From NCBI GenBank assembly GCA_964035545.1, contig OZ037765.1, positions 21,575,504 to 21,639,503 of the forward strand: a DNA stretch of 64,000 nucleotides, read 5' to 3'. Position 1 is the stretch's first letter, and every line of letters begins with the position of its first letter. A program made the translations under genes and the position numbers. The notes under the pieces are model-generated. The model searched no databases and was not told the DNA's origin. It worked only from the letters and a program-made list of their open reading frames with translations. Positions 9,950 to 20,312 of the stretch are shown here, piece by piece. Origin of the DNA: Bugula neritina. Its lineage: Eukaryota > Animalia > Bryozoa.

Positions 9950-12900
9950 CTACTGCTTAGAAACACGTCTACTCTTGACTGCATCAGCGTATGAAAAGAT
10001 CGAGCAACGTGGTTGGGGTGCGTGATTAAGACTTTGCGCACCCGGCGGATGAATTTTGTTTCTACTTCCGCCGATACAAAAGTTGATATTTCCGTGGTGT
10101 TGACAACTTCCACATTTGCTCGATTCTTTTCTCGTACGGTTTTCCCCTAGACTTTCATGTGTGCCGCTTTTAACGCAGTCACATACAAAGTCCTTCAAGT
10201 ATGCGGGGGGTTGCCTCGTACGCTGTCCCCTTTCTAGGGGGGGTGACACGCTTGCCGGTTCGTTAGTAGGGGCCTCTAATGGCGTCTCTACTTCACCGTC
10301 AGCAGCCACCTCTTCTTGTTCTCCGGATGGAGCCCCTCCCTCCGTGGGGGTTTGCACTTCCGGAACCGGCTCGGTTTCTGGAAGTGATGGAATTAGACTT
10401 GGCGGTGGCGGACACGCTTCTGTTGACAAAAGCTGCCGCTCCTCTCTCACCAAGTTTTCTTCCCGCGGTATGACCACTTCGTATTCAGGTCCATGCCGCC
10501 GTCGCCCGCGCGTTGTTGTCTGCCTCCTGGGCTCTAACAACGGGGGGGCTTCTCCCACTCCGCCGGGGCTAGCCCAATACGGTTTCAAGCGAGACTCATT
10601 CTGGATAGACACCTGTCCTGAGCGCTCAATCTTGTACGTATGATTGGGCATAGCCTCGACGACCACGTAGGGGCCTACGAACTTAGGCTTCAGCTTATCA
10701 GCCTGTCCGCGGCGCCTACGGTAATTGACCATCCACACCTTATCTCCTCTTTGATAGAGGGGTGGTTCATCGGAATCTTCGTGCCGCACCTTCCACTGCT
10801 GTTGACGCAGTATCTCGTGTGCGGCCTTCATCCGTTCCACTAGTTCACTGGCATACTCGTGGACTGAGTTATCTTGCTCTGGAACGTGATAGGTGAGATG
10901 GTCAGGGACACGAGTCTCTCTCCCGAGCATCAAGAGGTTTGGGGTCTCACCAGTACTGGTGTGTGGGGTGCTACGGTATGCACGCATGACTTGCGGCAAC
11001 ACCGTATCCCATTCCTCTTGACCTCGTCCAAGGAGGAGACTCCGGAGCGCATCACCTAGCATCCGGTTGTTGCGCTCCACCACCCCGTTACCTTGAGGGT
11101 GGTAGGGGGTGGTCCTGCTCTGATTTACTCCCCAGAGGTGGCAAAGGTCGCTCATCAGTTGGGACTGGAATTGAGCGCCTTGATCAGAGTGTATCTGTTC
11201 GGGAAGCCCAAAATAACAGAATACGTGTTGGTCTAGTGCCCTGGCCACTGTTGGGGCTGATGCATCTGGGATAGCCAGAGCATCCGCCCACCTAGTAAAG
11301 TGGTCGGTTAGTACTAGGATCCAATTATTGCCTCTGGGGGTCAGGGGCATGGGTCCGACCAGGTCTACAGCGACTACTTGCCAGGGCCTACCAGCGTATA
11401 GCCTCCGCCGTCCTGCTTCACCAGGGGGGCGGCTATGCTTACTGGCCTGGCAGATCTCACACTGTTTGACTCTGAGCCGGACGTCACGCTCCATCTGCGG
11501 CCAATACCACCGGAGTCGTAATTTGGACATCACTCGCTTGACCCCTGCGTGGGCCTGCTTGTGAGTATCCCAAATCAACTCACGGCGGATGGCTGTGGGG
11601 CAGACTACCCTCTTCCTTTCCGGGTGTCTGCCGCTGGCAGCTAGAGAGATGGTTAGTAACCCATCCTGCCCGATCTGCAGCGAGTCCCAACGCTGACAGT
11701 ATAGCCGGAACTCGGCGCATCCCTGTCTTATGCGTTCCTCGCTGGGTCGTCGCCCTTCCCTTTTGGCTCGGTAGATGTCTGCCACGACTCCAGGCAGCTC
11801 TTCTTGGAGCTTCTTCAGCTCTCGAACATTACCGGCCAGTACAGGGTTGGCGCGGAGGTTTTGTACATCCTCCGGGGACTCATCAACTCTTTGCCTGAGT
11901 TGACCTTGATCCCAGTCAAACGGTGCTCCGTGATGAGCCAGCGTCCCCAACTCGCATCGTGGGGGACCTCCATCCCTCCTCTCGATGTTGAGACACTGTT
12001 TGCAACCTCCGTCAGGTCGGCGACTCATCCCATCCGCATTGCTGTGTCTCTTGCCCGGTCGGTGTTCGATCCGGTACGAGAATTCAGCTAGGATTTCGAG
12101 CCACCGGGCGACCTGACTAGAGGGCTCTGCTCTCCTGCACAACCAGATCAGCGAGGCATGATCCGTACGCAGCCGGAACTTCCTGCCATATAGGTATGGT
12201 CTGGAGTGCTTCACTGACTTGATTACTGCCAGCAGCTCCTTGCGGGTAGTGCAGTAATTTCGTTCAGCGGGAGAGAGAGACTTGCTGTAGTAGGCTACTA
12301 CTACCTCTCGGCCTTCCTGCACTTGCGACAGCACAGCGCCAACATTCTGGTCACTGGCGTCCGTGTCTAGGATGTACTCCAGAGTGGGGTCTGGGTAGGC
12401 CAAGATGGGCGCCGTTAGGAGGCAGCCCTTGAGGCGGTCGAACGCTTCTTGTTCGACTAGAGTCCACTGCCACGTCACTCCCTTTGCGGTAAGCCGGTTT
12501 AACGGCTGGGCTATGCCCGCAAAGTCTGGTATGTATTGCCTGTAATACCCTACCAGCCCCAAGAAAGCCCGGAGTCCGGTCAAGTCTTGAGGGGTGACCC
12601 AGTCTTCTACTGCCCGTACCTTTTCGGGATCCGTTGCCACGCCGTTTCGACCGACAACGTGCCCCAGGTACTTGACCTCCGGCTGCAACAGAGCGCACTT
12701 GGAAGGTTTGAGCTTAAGACCGGCACCTCGGAGTCTCTCGAAAACCTCCTGCAGACGACTGACATGTGTCTCGAAGTCTGGAGAGATTACGATGACATCA
12801 TCGAGGTAGACCAGCAGTGTCTTCCAATGGAGTCCGCTAAGGACTTGTTCCATCAACCTCTGGAAGGTGGCTGGGGCGGAGGTTAACCCGAAGGGCAGCA

Positions 12901-14581
12901 CCTTCCACTTCCACAAACCGTCCCGTGTGATAAACGCCGCTTTCTCCTGGGCGTCGGGACTCAGAGGAACCTGCCAATAGCCGCTTAGCAAGTCTAACGT
13001 ACTGAAGTACTTGCTGCCGGCTAGGGCGTCCAATGACTCGTCAATACGAGGTAGAGGGTAGGCGTCCTGTATGGTTACGCTATTGAGTTTGCGGTAGTCC
13101 ACACAGAACCGCCAACTGCCGTCTTTCTTCCGGACCAGTACGACTGGCGAGCTCCACGCACTATGGGCGGGCTCTATCAGTCCCCGGTCCAGAAGATCCC
13201 GTACTTGTCGGCTAACCTCCTTCTCTTTCTCCGGCCCCAGCCTGCGTGTGGGCTGCCGGACAGGGACTGTCCCTGCAGTCAGCGGTATTTCGTGTCTGAC
13301 AATTCCAGTCAGTCCCACGTCATGCTCTCCGCTGCTGAACACATCACCGTAGTCGCGTAGTAACTTGGCCATAGCCTGGCGCTCTCTGTTACTCGCGCAG
13401 CCGTTACTGGCCGTCTCGTATAACTCCCGGAGATGTGTTGGGACTGCCCCTCGTCCCTGAATAGGGTGTCGAGGGAGTGCCTCTGTCGCATCACCCAGCG
13501 ACGGGCCTACGTCTCCCTCTTGAACAGAGTGAAAACGGCCCAGCATCGACCCAGCCGGGAGCTTGATAGGCTCGGTAAAGGGGTTGACGCACTGCACTAA
13601 GATCTCCCCTTGCTCAGTCAGCTGGTTCAGACTGCTGGCAAGTTGGATCTTTTCGTGCGCGCCTTCAACCACCCCGAGTCCAGAGATCCGGCTACTATTC
13701 ACCCTGCAGTGAATGGTAGCCCGGGAGCGGCCTGGTATGGTACGGTTGCGTACCACTTGCACACCTCCCACTAAAGGGCAGCCGAACTTGTCGACGCAGG
13801 CGAGTTCCCGCCCGGACATCATCATTGCAGATCTGCTAAAATCTATGTGACATCCGTGCCGTTTAAGGAACGGCATCCCGAGGATAGCATCCTCCTTGAG
13901 CTGACTGACGATGAACGTCTCTTGGATCGTTTGATCGCGGACTCGTCCCGTCAGCTCAATTATACCATAGAAGGGAAGGCACGACCCGTCAGCTAGGGTG
14001 CCGTATTCCCCTTCGTATGCTTCCATCTCGCCCCTGACCCTAGCGCTGAGGGTGTCGAAAAGTTGGCGGCTTAAGAGGTTTGTGGTACAGCCCGAATCAA
14101 TGAGAAAAGTAACAGCTTTGCCTTCCAGTTTACCGGGCAAGAAATAGCTGTTCCCATGGGGCTGCACCTGAACTCTCCCTTCAGGCCTTACTCTCGCAGG
14201 GAGTACCTCCCTCGCTTTGGGTCGCGAAGGAGGTCTCTTGGGGCGGTGATGGGTAGGCCTCGGGGGTGCCGAGGCTAGATCCTCAGCTACCTTTGTGTGC
14301 TCCCATCCAGATTCTTGGACTTGCAGCCCTGTGAATCTGTTGTGAAGGGGCATAGAAAAGGCAGCCGCGGGGCGAAGCCCCTTGCTGGTCCGTCGTGGCT
14401 GTTGCCACTGTTGGTTGCCAGTACGCGGTACCCGTCTGGGTGACCTGCGTTTCTTCTTCCCTAGAGGTTTCATCGTCGGCCCGCGGAAGGTGGGAACATC
14501 TGCGGGCCGCGGTAGTTTAACCCCTGATTTAGGAAGGGACAATATCGGCGGAAGTGTCCTTGATTTCCGCACTCCCAGCAA
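9950..14581 (-). CDS. pol: Pol polyprotein (aspartic protease, reverse transcriptase, RNase H, integrase), probably expressed as Gag-Pol by -1 frameshift near 14515
   Basis: Motifs FLIDSGC (PR), WRFCVDYRKLN / LPFGL / YLDD (RT), LDTDAS...ELLAV (RH), H-x3-H...CEIC and VDLVGP...HSDQG...VERNNR (IN). 1543 uninterrupted codons. Confidence 0.98.
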   Translation of the reverse strand: MLGVRKSRTLPPILSLPKSGVKLPRPADVPTFRGPTMKPLGKKKRRSPRRVPRTGNQQWQQPRRTSKGLRPAAAFSMPLHNRFTGLQVQESGWEHTKVAEDLASAPPRPTHHRPKRPPSRPKAREVLPARVRPEGRVQVQPHGNSYFLPGKLEGKAVTFLIDSGCTTNLLSRQLFDTLSARVRGEMEAYEGEYGTLADGSCLPFYGIIELTGRVRDQTIQETFIVSQLKEDAILGMPFLKRHGCHIDFSRSAMMMSGRELACVDKFGCPLVGGVQVVRNRTIPGRSRATIHCRVNSSRISGLGVVEGAHEKIQLASSLNQLTEQGEILVQCVNPFTEPIKLPAGSMLGRFHSVQEGDVGPSLGDATEALPRHPIQGRGAVPTHLRELYETASNGCASNRERQAMAKLLRDYGDVFSSGEHDVGLTGIVRHEIPLTAGTVPVRQPTRRLGPEKEKEVSRQVRDLLDRGLIEPAHSAWSSPVVLVRKKDGSWRFCVDYRKLNSVTIQDAYPLPRIDESLDALAGSKYFSTLDLLSGYWQVPLSPDAQEKAAFITRDGLWKWKVLPFGLTSAPATFQRLMEQVLSGLHWKTLLVYLDDVIVISPDFETHVSRLQEVFERLRGAGLKLKPSKCALLQPEVKYLGHVVGRNGVATDPEKVRAVEDWVTPQDLTGLRAFLGLVGYYRQYIPDFAGIAQPLNRLTAKGVTWQWTLVEQEAFDRLKGCLLTAPILAYPDPTLEYILDTDASDQNVGAVLSQVQEGREVVVAYYSKSLSPAERNYCTTRKELLAVIKSVKHSRPYLYGRKFRLRTDHASLIWLCRRAEPSSQVARWLEILAEFSYRIEHRPGKRHSNADGMSRRPDGGCKQCLNIERRDGGPPRCELGTLAHHGAPFDWDQGQLRQRVDESPEDVQNLRANPVLAGNVRELKKLQEELPGVVADIYRAKREGRRPSEERIRQGCAEFRLYCQRWDSLQIGQDGLLTISLAASGRHPERKRVVCPTAIRRELIWDTHKQAHAGVKRVMSKLRLRWYWPQMERDVRLRVKQCEICQASKHSRPPGEAGRRRLYAGRPWQVVAVDLVGPMPLTPRGNNWILVLTDHFTRWADALAIPDASAPTVARALDQHVFCYFGLPEQIHSDQGAQFQSQLMSDLCHLWGVNQSRTTPYHPQGNGVVERNNRMLGDALRSLLLGRGQEEWDTVLPQVMRAYRSTPHTSTGETPNLLMLGRETRVPDHLTYHVPEQDNSVHEYASELVERMKAAHEILRQQQWKVRHEDSDEPPLYQRGDKVWMVNYRRRRGQADKLKPKFVGPYVVVEAMPNHTYKIERSGQVSIQNESRLKPYWASPGGVGEAPPLLEPRRQTTTRGRRRHGPEYEVVIPREENLVREERQLLSTEACPPPPSLIPSLPETEPVPEVQTPTEGGAPSGEQEEVAADGEVETPLEAPTNEPASVSPPLERGQRTRQPPAYLKDFVCDCVKSGTHESLGENRTRKESSKCGSCQHHGNINFCIGGSRNKIHPPGAQSLNHAPQPRCSIFSYADAVKSRRVSKQ
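14457..14521 (-). other. Predicted -1 ribosomal frameshift signal (G_UUA_AAC plus stem-loop/pseudoknot)
   Basis: Slippery heptamer in the gag frame at 14515-14521, 6-nt spacer, stem GGCCCGC/GCGGGCC, and loop UUCCC complementary to a downstream GGGAA. Pol is in the -1 frame. Confidence 0.8.
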
Positions 14582-15423
14582 AAACTGACTGTTTCTCCCT
14601 GTGGCGGCGCCGATGGCCGCATGGGCTCAGGGGCGGTACTCACTGGGTTTTGTGGTGTCAGTGTTGCTATCAGCTTGGCTAGCATGTCCGTCAGTTGAGT
14701 GACTTTTGATGCCGTCGCCAACTGGGACACGGCAGCCGCGGCGGGGGTTTCCTCCCCTTGTCCCGCGGCCGTGTCTGCGCGGTCTATCTCCACTTGGCGG
14801 GAGCTTCCGCGACTTTTATGCATTTGGTTAGCTAGGAGGTAAGCTTCCCCCTCAGTCAGAGCATCTTCAACGGTGGTGACTCCCCTAGCTAGAAACTGGT
14901 GGTGGAGACCCAGATCGTCGACAGATGCTATGAAAGCGTCGAGGGTGTACCTCTCGCGGTTGACTGGGGGCAAGTCGCTGTACGCGATCTGTGCCAGCTT
15001 CATGACCGCGGCGGCATGCTCCCGCAGCGGGGTGCGGGGATCACGCCGCAACCTCTGTAATCGGGCCCTGGCATCTGTAGCCGAGAGGCCAAAGCGGGCC
15101 CGCAGAGAAGCAAAGATATTATCAATGTCTACGCCCAGCCCATAGGGCTTGGCTTTGTCCATCAATGCCATTCTAAGCTTCAGCAGGGCCACCCTAGGGG
15201 GCCACTGAGCGACGTCCATTACGTCGCTAAACTCTTGAATAAATTGTTCCACCTCCTCTTCACCCGTGAAGGTGGGCGCCTTTAACCTGTAGCGGTCTTC
15301 GGCTAGTTCTCGCGGAACCCTTCGCTCTTCTACTACATGGTTAACAGGCATTGTCTCTACAGCATTGTCTCTACGCTCACCTTCGATTGCCGGTGGTTGA
15401 ATTTCAGCATTGTCAGTCTCCAT
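14470..15423 (-). CDS. gag: Gag (317 aa) with one CCHC zinc knuckle
   Basis: ATG lies just downstream of the PBS. APTFTGEEEVEQFIQEF...W is a capsid-like motif and CWECGNQGHFRRYC is the knuckle. Confidence 0.95.
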   Translation of the reverse strand: METDNAEIQPPAIEGERRDNAVETMPVNHVVEERRVPRELAEDRYRLKAPTFTGEEEVEQFIQEFSDVMDVAQWPPRVALLKLRMALMDKAKPYGLGVDIDNIFASLRARFGLSATDARARLQRLRRDPRTPLREHAAAVMKLAQIAYSDLPPVNRERYTLDAFIASVDDLGLHHQFLARGVTTVEDALTEGEAYLLANQMHKSRGSSRQVEIDRADTAAGQGEETPAAAAVSQLATASKVTQLTDMLAKLIATLTPQNPVSTAPEPMRPSAPPQGETVSFCWECGNQGHFRRYCPFLNQGLNYRGPQMFPPSAGRR

Positions 15424-15435
15424 CTTGGATGCACT

Positions 15436-15453
15436 ATCCCACCGCTGCCACCA
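15436..15453 (-). other. Primer-binding site complementary to the 3' end of tRNA-Leu
   Basis: Minus-strand TGGTGGCAGCGGTGGGAT lies one nt from the 5' LTR. Its complement ATCCCACCGCTGCCA+CCA is the 3' end of animal tRNA-Leu(AAG-type). Confidence 0.88.
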
Positions 15454-15454
15454 C

Positions 15455-15758
15455 TGTTATAATTTTCAGATTAGGGTTGATATGCTATCCAGAGAGTCTA
15501 TTTATCTAGTATAGAACTGCACCAGGCTAAGTCGAGTGAACGAGTATATTTTATTCACAACTATACATCATAAAAACACGATACATTATTTCTAACAAGT
15601 TACACATCTAATCTATTTCACACTCTAGCTTCGACTGAGTTAGCAGCGGGAACTACAATTGCTGCTAACTATCAACTACGCTAATTGGCTATCCATTGTT
15701 CCGGGTCAATTACGCGACCCTACATGTTGTGCTGCTGGTAGTTCCACGAACCACCACA
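15455..15758 (-). repeat. 5' LTR
   Basis: 304-bp copy identical by eye to 8265-8568. Confidence 0.98.
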
Positions 15759-16799
15759 GTATCACTATTACTATAAGTATTACTATTACTATTAGTATTA
15801 GTATTACTATTACTTATAATTTAGTATAAGTATAACATTAACTGTTGAGTATAACTATAAGTATAATAATAATGTTATCATTATGATTAAGTTTAACTAT
15901 AACTTATATTTATAAATATAACTATAAGTCTATAACAGTTATACTATAAGTACTATAAGTATAAGGAGATAATACTTGTATGTGTACTAATATTTCGATT
16001 TGGCTATTGTCATTCAATTAAAAATAGCTCCCATGGTTATCTTGATGATTATGCATTATATTTATTATCATACCATAAGATAAGTGCATAAGTATGAATG
16101 CAGCAGAAGGAGAAGCAAAAACTGACATCATTTAAACTTCGGTGTGCTAAAATATCTCTATTTTTTCTCCCATTATATTTGAGGTTTCAACATAAAAGCT
16201 GCAGCACGGACCTCATTGTGTTAGCGAGTCAAACAAATTTTCTTATGTAATCCTTAACCCATAATCTTATTGAGCATTCTTGACTACAAGACATAATGTA
16301 TTGAAAAATTATATTACCAAAGTCGTAAATAGAGTTTGTACCTCGATCACAGGCTGTACTCCGCGAAAACCGACGTGCAGTAATTCCATCAATGGACGTG
16401 AACGTGGGGTGTTTTGATATTATCATTAGTCACTTAGTGATTATGAAGATAATCACTAACCGCTGAACTGGAGTAAACTGTTTTATTTCAGTGCAGAGAA
16501 CAGGACCAAATCAACATAACATATCATAATGGTTCATTTCAGTTTGCTATTTCAGTATTACTATTTGCCTTGAGTCTTAACAAATAATAATATTGAAATA
16601 ACTTACAGTTACTCTTAGCCCTTAGGCCTGTGAGTGTGGCACTGGCTGAGTGGCTGTGGTCATGGAGTAGCTCTGTAGACGTTGTGAGGTTTTTTAAGTT
16701 TAAGCCTAACAGTAACTTTAAGTGCAAGTTGAAGCCGTGCTCAGCTGATGCTGTAGTGTTACTGTTGCACTTACTTAGTTTATTTGGTAAAATTTGAAA

Positions 16800-17270
16800 G
16801 CTCTATAGTCTATAACTATAAGTATAAGTAGGAGTATAATTTATTTTATTAATTACTAATAATATTTGAGTAATGAGTATAAGTATTACTAAACTATTAC
16901 TATTACTAGTACTGATAAAAAACTTATTATAGGCTTTTTTCTACTTATATTTAATAACTATAAGTTATACTTTAATAATTATATTAAATTCAATATTCAC
17001 CGTATTGTTATCACTTAGCAGTTATCAATTTGCGAGTATCACTATGCCTATGGTATTGAATATCACTATGGTTGTCATTATGGTTTAGATTATGGTTATT
17101 TACAGTTTACTTATAGCTATTTTGATAACTCATTAGGTTTACTTTCAGGTAATTATTATCATTATCATAATACTCATTCTGACCTTAAATTACTATAATC
17201 ATAATTATTTTATTGATTATATTAAAGTTGAATATAGAATAAAATGTATAATAATAGTAACTGTAATGAA
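16800..17270. repeat. TA-rich cryptic simple-repeat array
   Basis: Sequence of the ataactataagtataagt / tattactattactagtact type. Confidence 0.65.
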
Positions 17271-17721
17271 TTAACATCTGGTTAATGACTGTCTGAAAGT
17301 TGCTCAATTTGGATTGCAATTTATCAAAGCACCAATGAATTATTAGAATTTCATTTCAAGCTTGATAACTTATTAGTAGTTGTTATTTATGTTATAGGGA
17401 CCATGACAGAAAGTTAATTGAAATGGCTAGCTAGATTTTGTAAATAGTGATATATGTTGTAATTGTAATATTAGCCCAACTTACCAGGTTCACAATAGAG
17501 TCCTTAGTTCCCAGCTGTTCACATGTGCATTCAGTTCACAGCTAACACAAAGCTACTGTACACCTGTACCAAAAGCTATGATGTCATAACTCTAATCACA
17601 GCAGAACCATAATCTTACAGTAATTTTGGCTTCTTGTTTTTATAATGTATATTCATAATGTTCATTGAGCTAGTAGGGTTTTACTGCTGTAATTGAATAT
17701 GTATACTGTCTATTTTAGACA

Positions 17722-19574
17722 ATGCCATTGACTCTAAATGAACATTATACTGCTTCTGCAGCCTGTTTTATAGGTGGTAAGTAAACTTTAAAAATAGTTC
17801 AAAAATAATATTATATATAATTTACTACTTTCTTCTATTTTAATTGTGGTCATATGTTAAGATAGTTGACATCGGTGAACTACGTGATATTAACTTCTAG
17901 AAGGTTTTTAATAGACTGGCGATTATTGCCAACAGTGCTGTTACTGTGCAATTACATTTTAGGGACATTAAGTGTAGTGACACAACTATGGTTATTGTTT
18001 GACTTCCTGCCAATGCTCAGAGTATCTAAAGGATTGAAATCTCTTCATCAACACTTGACACTGGCAAATCTGTTTGTAGTTATGTTCTTTTTCATGGGAG
18101 CAATATCTCATTTTGAACAAAGGTATATGTTGTACTTGTTATAATTTTTGTATTTCATACATGTGCTTTCATACTTGTATTTGGAGGACCTGACTTAATT
18201 TTTGCACATGCTTATGATGCAAACTCTATCATATGAATGTGATTTAAGCATTGGTCTAATTAAATTATATTGCAGTTGTTCATATTAAATATTTCTCTAT
18301 CTTCCTCTCTATTATAAACTGCTAATTTGAATATCCCACATTTCTCAATTTAGGTACTGTTAATTTCTTATTATGTTGAGCTTTTGAAATATTTATTACA
18401 TTTATAGCGCATTGTAAGCATGTAAAATGATGAATTGTAGATGGATATTTGGTGATACAATGTGCAAGTTTTATGTGTTCTGGTGCAAGTTTACACCTGT
18501 TGCCTCCATGACCCTTCTAGCACTCTGCCTTTATGGTGAATACCATCATGCATTGGACCCATCATTAGGTAGTATCAAGATAATTATATTTAATTTCTCA
18601 AGACTTCGGTAATAAATATAAAACCCGGAATTTTCTTGCCACTACATGATTTATTTTGCTCTAATTCCAACTACAACTTTCAGTGAGTGATTATTTGATG
18701 TATTTAGAGAAGAAGAATGTTAGTTACACTATTCCATTGTGCATGGCGTGGGCATATGGATTGCTTTGGGGAAGTCTTGCTCTTACAGCATCTGAGTAAG
18801 TCTTAGCTTGTTTAGTTCAGATTCTAGTTCTATTGATTTTTATCATCAAAATGAGTAAAACAAGTATGCTTTCGGTTTTATTTTCATTTGAATAATAATA
18901 AAAATAAAAGCAGTAGTATTCTAAATTCTAATGTCGATGGGCGCATTAGTTATCTAGTATGACACCTACTGGTTATCTAGTATGACACCTACTGAAGCCC
19001 TTTGTTGGTTAACAGTTTCAATTTTTTATAGGACTTGGATTTCAGTTTTTTCTGCCCTTCTATTGATTTGATTTTTAGACATCCTGTTCGTTTATCTTCA
19101 GGTATGGTCAAGAGCCTGCAGGGTTTACCTGTACAGTTATCTGGTATAAAGTACAGTCGTTTACAAACTATCTGACAATACTTGGCTTTGGCACACCCTC
19201 ACTTTTAGCATTTTATTATTCATTCAACCTCTGGCATAAAGGATTTCTCATTGACAACCCTATGGCACAGGTAAATATATATTAAGCTTTCGCTTATAAA
19301 ACTAATTTAGGCATCCAGTTTTATAAAATAATTCATTCAGTTATAAACATCTTTATTAATTTGTGTTATGCAGGCAGCTGTTGGTTTGATGATATCTATG
19401 ACTGCCCAGTTTTCTGCTTATGCTGGATGCTATATGGTGGTGTTGGCTGGATACCAGCTTTCCTTATATGCTATTGCTTTTCCTCAAATATGGACTAAGT
19501 CTGTTGGAGTTGTTCATCCTTTTATCTATAGCCATGTGTTTGCTTCTGACAGCACCAACGAGAAGGAGGAATGA
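17722..19574 (+). CDS. Opsin of the retinochrome/RGR/peropsin (photoisomerase-type) group, about 267 aa, 6 coding exons
   Basis: Phase-consistent exons at about 17722-17776, 17963-18122, 18441-18568, 18708-18795, 19102-19270 and 19374-19574. Motifs: RWIFGDTMCK (ECL1), YGQEPAGFTC (ECL2, E181-equivalent), AFPQIWTKSVGVVHPFIY (TM7 retinal Lys). Confidence 0.8.
18949..18994. repeat. 23-bp tandem duplication in an opsin intron
   Basis: gttatctagtatgacacctactg occurs twice in tandem. Confidence 0.95.
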
Positions 19575-20312
19575 CCAATCAAATCAAATTCTGAAACCAC
19601 TTTTTTAATTTTAATTAAAACATACTTTTCAATTATGATCAATATTGATTTCATCATTTTTCAGTCTTTTAAAACATTTGTATGCTGTTTTTTATTGAGG
19701 CTACTTACTTATATTATTTTTTGTTATTGCACTTCATTTCATATGGTACATTTTTATTCCCTGGGGTAAATTGCAATTTAGATTGACACTGATTTGTCAT
19801 TTTATCACTGTATTCTGAAGTTATTGCACGATCAAATATTGCATTGGAAATGAAGTAAATACATTGTATTATATAGAAATTTACTAAAAAATATTTTTAG
19901 GTGTGCACAGGCAACAAAAACAATGAATGCAAAAAGTATTTACTTTGGATAATTGAAGCAAAAATATAAATATATGAATTTTATATGGCACGTAGAAAAT
20001 GTAGAGAATCAGCTAGACATGAGCAGCTAAATTACCTTCGTTCATGCCATGTTTTCACATGGTTACATATCAGTTCTATAATAAACTGTGTATGCACTTA
20101 TTAGCACTGACCAGAATCAACAAAAAAACCTGTATAAATTGATAAGCCCTGAATACATATATAATATTTGAAAACAGCAACAAAAAAGACCAAAACTAGA
20201 ATAATTTTAACTATTGCTAAAGAGCACCTGATATGAATACTAACACGAGATTCACAGGAATTGCTTAGCACAGTAACATATGATCAGTCATTGCAATCTA
20301 ATATATTGCTAC

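Larger units (their letters stand above)
8265..15758 (-). mobile_element. Full-length Ty3/Gypsy LTR retrotransposon (7494 bp) with gag, pol and an extra ORF3
   Basis: Two 304-bp TG...CA direct repeats, 4-bp TSD GTAT (8261-8264 and 15759-15762), PBS, PPT and PR-RT-RH-IN domain order. Confidence 0.99.

Noticed and set aside
12195-12215. VKHSRPYL instead of the usual VKHFRPYL in RNase H as an inactivating mutation
   Set aside because: A single non-catalytic substitution; cannot be judged without the family consensus.
10116-15145. Many plus-strand ORFs antisense to gag/pol
   Set aside because: Expected shadows of GC-rich coding sequence; no motifs.
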